Source: Mycobacteriales bacterium
GTDB lineage: Bacteria; Actinomycetota; Actinomycetes; Mycobacteriales; CADCTP01
Length of the DNA: 64,000 nt
Assembly (NCBI GenBank): GCA_039648995.1
Contig: JBBWZH010000045.1
Location: 2,821 to 66,820 of the forward strand
Direction of reading: 5' to 3'
How positions within the stretch are numbered: position 1 is the stretch's first letter; each line of letters opens with the position of its first letter. The notes under the pieces are model-generated. The model worked only from the letters and a program-made list of their open reading frames with translations. It was not told where the DNA came from and ran no database searches. The position numbers and the translations under genes were made by a program. Positions 62,901-64,000 of the stretch are shown one piece after another.

Positions 62901-63912
62901 CCGGCAGCGGCAGCGGCGCCGCGTCCGCCCCGTACCCGTCCTGGACGACCAGCAGGCGCTGCGCGGTCGCGGCCGGCAGCCGGCTGGCCAACTGCCGGGT
63001 GGCCTCCGCCGCCGCGCCAGCCCGGCCCCGCAGATCGTCGCCGAGCACGGCGGCCAGCGCGGCCGGATCCGGCGCCACCCTGCGCACCGGCCCGGCCGAA
63101 TCCCACTGCCGCTGGTCGGCCAGGTGCGGCAGCCAACCCGCCCACTCCCAGGCCCGGGCCTGCTCCGGCGGGTAGCTCAGCGCGACGGCCACGTCGTCCG
63201 GAGCGTGCAGGGCCGCGGTCTGCAGCAGGATCAGGCGGCCGACGGCCAGGACGCCGGCCCGGTCCCCCACCACGCTGACGTCGCCGCGCAGGTCGAGCGG
63301 GACCCGCAGAGGCATCGCCGGCGCGGACTCGAAGCGCAGCGCCACCGACCGCGCCTCGGCGAGCATGAACGGATCCACCGGCTCCACGGCGGTACCGCTG
63401 TCGGACACCACCAGCGACAGCCCGGGCAGCGTGCCGGTACCCACCCGGACCTGGAGGAAGTCGGGATGCCGTCGCCGCCGCTCCCACAGCCGGGCCGGGT
63501 CGCGGACCACGTCCAGCAGCGCCGCGGGCGGCGGATCCAGCAACCGCGCACCGTCCCGGCGACCTCGTTCGTGCTCGAGCAGTTCCTCGCGCAGCCGTTC
63601 CAGGTAGTCGAGATAGCGCTCGCGCTGCCGACGGCGGAGGCGGACCGCCTGGCCGCGCTGGGAAACCACCATCGCGCCGGTGGCGAGCACCGTCACCACC
63701 ATGACCAGCGCACCGATCGCGGCCAGACCGGAGGTCCGGAACGCGAGCATCATCCCCATCGAGCCCATCGCGCCGGCCACCGGCAGGATGCCGTGCAGGC
63801 CGCCGCCGGCGTGGCCATCGGGCAGCAGCGGGGGTGCCTCGACGTGCCGCGGCTCCGGCTCCGGCTGCGGGCGGGTCAGCCGCGTGGGGCGGTGCACCAG
63901 GCGGGTGGTCAT
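59944..63912 (-). CDS. eccC: Type VII secretion ATPase EccC (FtsK/SpoIIIE family, three P-loop domains)
   Basis: Start ATG at 63912 (ATGA overlap with the upstream gene stop). Two N-terminal TM segments. P-loops are GATGSGKSELLRTLV with LLVIIDEF, GGPQSGKSTLLRTL, and GDNGCGKTNLLRVV. Confidence 0.9.
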   Translation of the reverse strand: MTTRLVHRPTRLTRPQPEPEPRHVEAPPLLPDGHAGGGLHGILPVAGAMGSMGMMLAFRTSGLAAIGALVMVVTVLATGAMVVSQRGQAVRLRRRQRERYLDYLERLREELLEHERGRRDGARLLDPPPAALLDVVRDPARLWERRRRHPDFLQVRVGTGTLPGLSLVVSDSGTAVEPVDPFMLAEARSVALRFESAPAMPLRVPLDLRGDVSVVGDRAGVLAVGRLILLQTAALHAPDDVAVALSYPPEQARAWEWAGWLPHLADQRQWDSAGPVRRVAPDPAALAAVLGDDLRGRAGAAAEATRQLASRLPAATAQRLLVVQDGYGADAAPLPLPDRAATLPTLGVTVVHLVADRLQEPDDVSVRVLVDSAAGTVRIEDLWAEREAAGDLDEAPVALAEGVGRMLAPLRLSPESRDDGSGTAPADLAALLGLPDPERLDLGLVRGDRGEQSLLRVPVGVDETGRPVLLDLKEPAQLGMGPHGLCVGATGSGKSELLRTLVLALLTTHPPDELSMVLVDYKGGATFAPFDGSPHVAGVITNLEGDAGLVERVHSSLAGEVRRRQQQLADAGDIGHITDYRQLRAERVARGERPLPPMPHLLVIIDEFGELLTAKPDFIELFLSIGRIGRSIGVHLLLSSQRIESGKLKGLETYLSYRLGLRTFSESESRTVLDTPDAFHLPPLPGFGYLKVDTTIYQRFKAAYVSGPARPVAAEEAPTDGDQLVRLVPRYGGAVAGAADATPPARRAPSLPTLLRVIADQLAGADARVAQIWLPPMPAAVTLDACAGGVRAGPVGLRLGTGGQLRVPCGLLDDPARQWQGSWQLDLTAAGGHVAVIGGPQSGKSTLLRTLMLGAALTHTPAELTCYVVDLVGGGPQAMAGLPHVGGVAGRADPERVRRTVEEVRAMVAHRERVFRSRQIDSVDRLRAAHAAGQVPELPAADVVLVIDGYGQLGAEFEEIEPLVAEIVGRGSGYGIHVVAAVGRWSEIRMAQQASFGTRLELRLSDPADSVVDRRLAGTLTRPGQVLAGQTGQALVGQVALPRIDGLPETGSLGDGVTLAVRAVQGAWTGPAAPRVRVLPVLLPVAELPVVEHLSAFPIGLDEQHLAPALLDLFGRDQHLLVFGDNGCGKTNLLRVVLRQLLGRYPDDDVVFALYDPRRGLRAAVPEPYLGGYAHNAPLAAALTEGVTRKLVERLPEDSSPPGPVPSPRVVVVIDDYDVLTASGSQPLAGYVPYLAAARDIGLHVVMTRKVAGASRGLYEPFTAALREAGAAGLVMSGDRSEGPLFPGVRAVILPPGRARLVRQGEPARTTQVAYAGAGDDR

Positions 63913-64000
63913 CGGGCCCTCTGCCACTGCGACCGGTCCGGCAGGGAGAGGCGCAGGGCCGCCGCGGCCAGCACGGTGGCCAGCACCGTGCTGGTCGCGG
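63909..64000 (-). CDS. 3' end of a gene truncated by the window edge; hydrophobic C-terminus, possibly a T7SS membrane component
   Basis: The minus-strand frame reads ...ATSTVLATVLAAAALRLSLPDRSQWQRAR*, with its TGA at 63909-63911 overlapping the eccC ATG. Confidence 0.35.
   Translation of the reverse strand, partial: ATSTVLATVLAAAALRLSLPDRSQWQRAR

Overview
High-GC (by eye >70% G+C, not computed) actinomycete chromosomal window. It is densely coding, with no rRNA, tRNA, CRISPR array, transposase or integrase recognised. All calls rest on motif reading of the ORF track and the DNA; no searches were run. There are five blocks. (1) 0.1-27 kb is an NRPS-centred biosynthetic gene cluster. It holds a translationally coupled PRMT-like methyltransferase / Rieske / heme-oxygenase-like diiron oxidase cassette that resembles the SznE/SznF N-nitrosation logic. 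It also holds an MFS exporter, a dissociated NRPS (3 A, 2 C, 4 carrier domains, TE, type II TE, SDR, PPTase), a SARP regulator and a proB-proA-aminotransferase-pxpABC-ureohydrolase operon. A shared motif GAGAACATCG precedes four of its transcription units. (2) 27.2-35.7 kb is a four-gene Wadjet-type (TIGR02677-02680-like) plasmid-restriction system in the order jetD-jetA-jetB-jetC. (3) 35.7-50 kb is a type VII secretion-related accessory locus. It contains a candidate WXG/glycine-zipper effector cassette, two membrane-tethered HTH proteins, an FHA-bearing EssC-like triple-P-loop ATPase, WXG100-like small proteins and a Ser/Thr kinase with peptidoglycan-binding repeats. (4) 50-58.5 kb holds miscellaneous enzymes and an ars operon that uses a MIP channel. 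(5) 58.5-64 kb holds a canonical eccC with two coupled unknown genes. Many long ORFs in the track are antisense or out-of-frame GC artefacts and were discarded.
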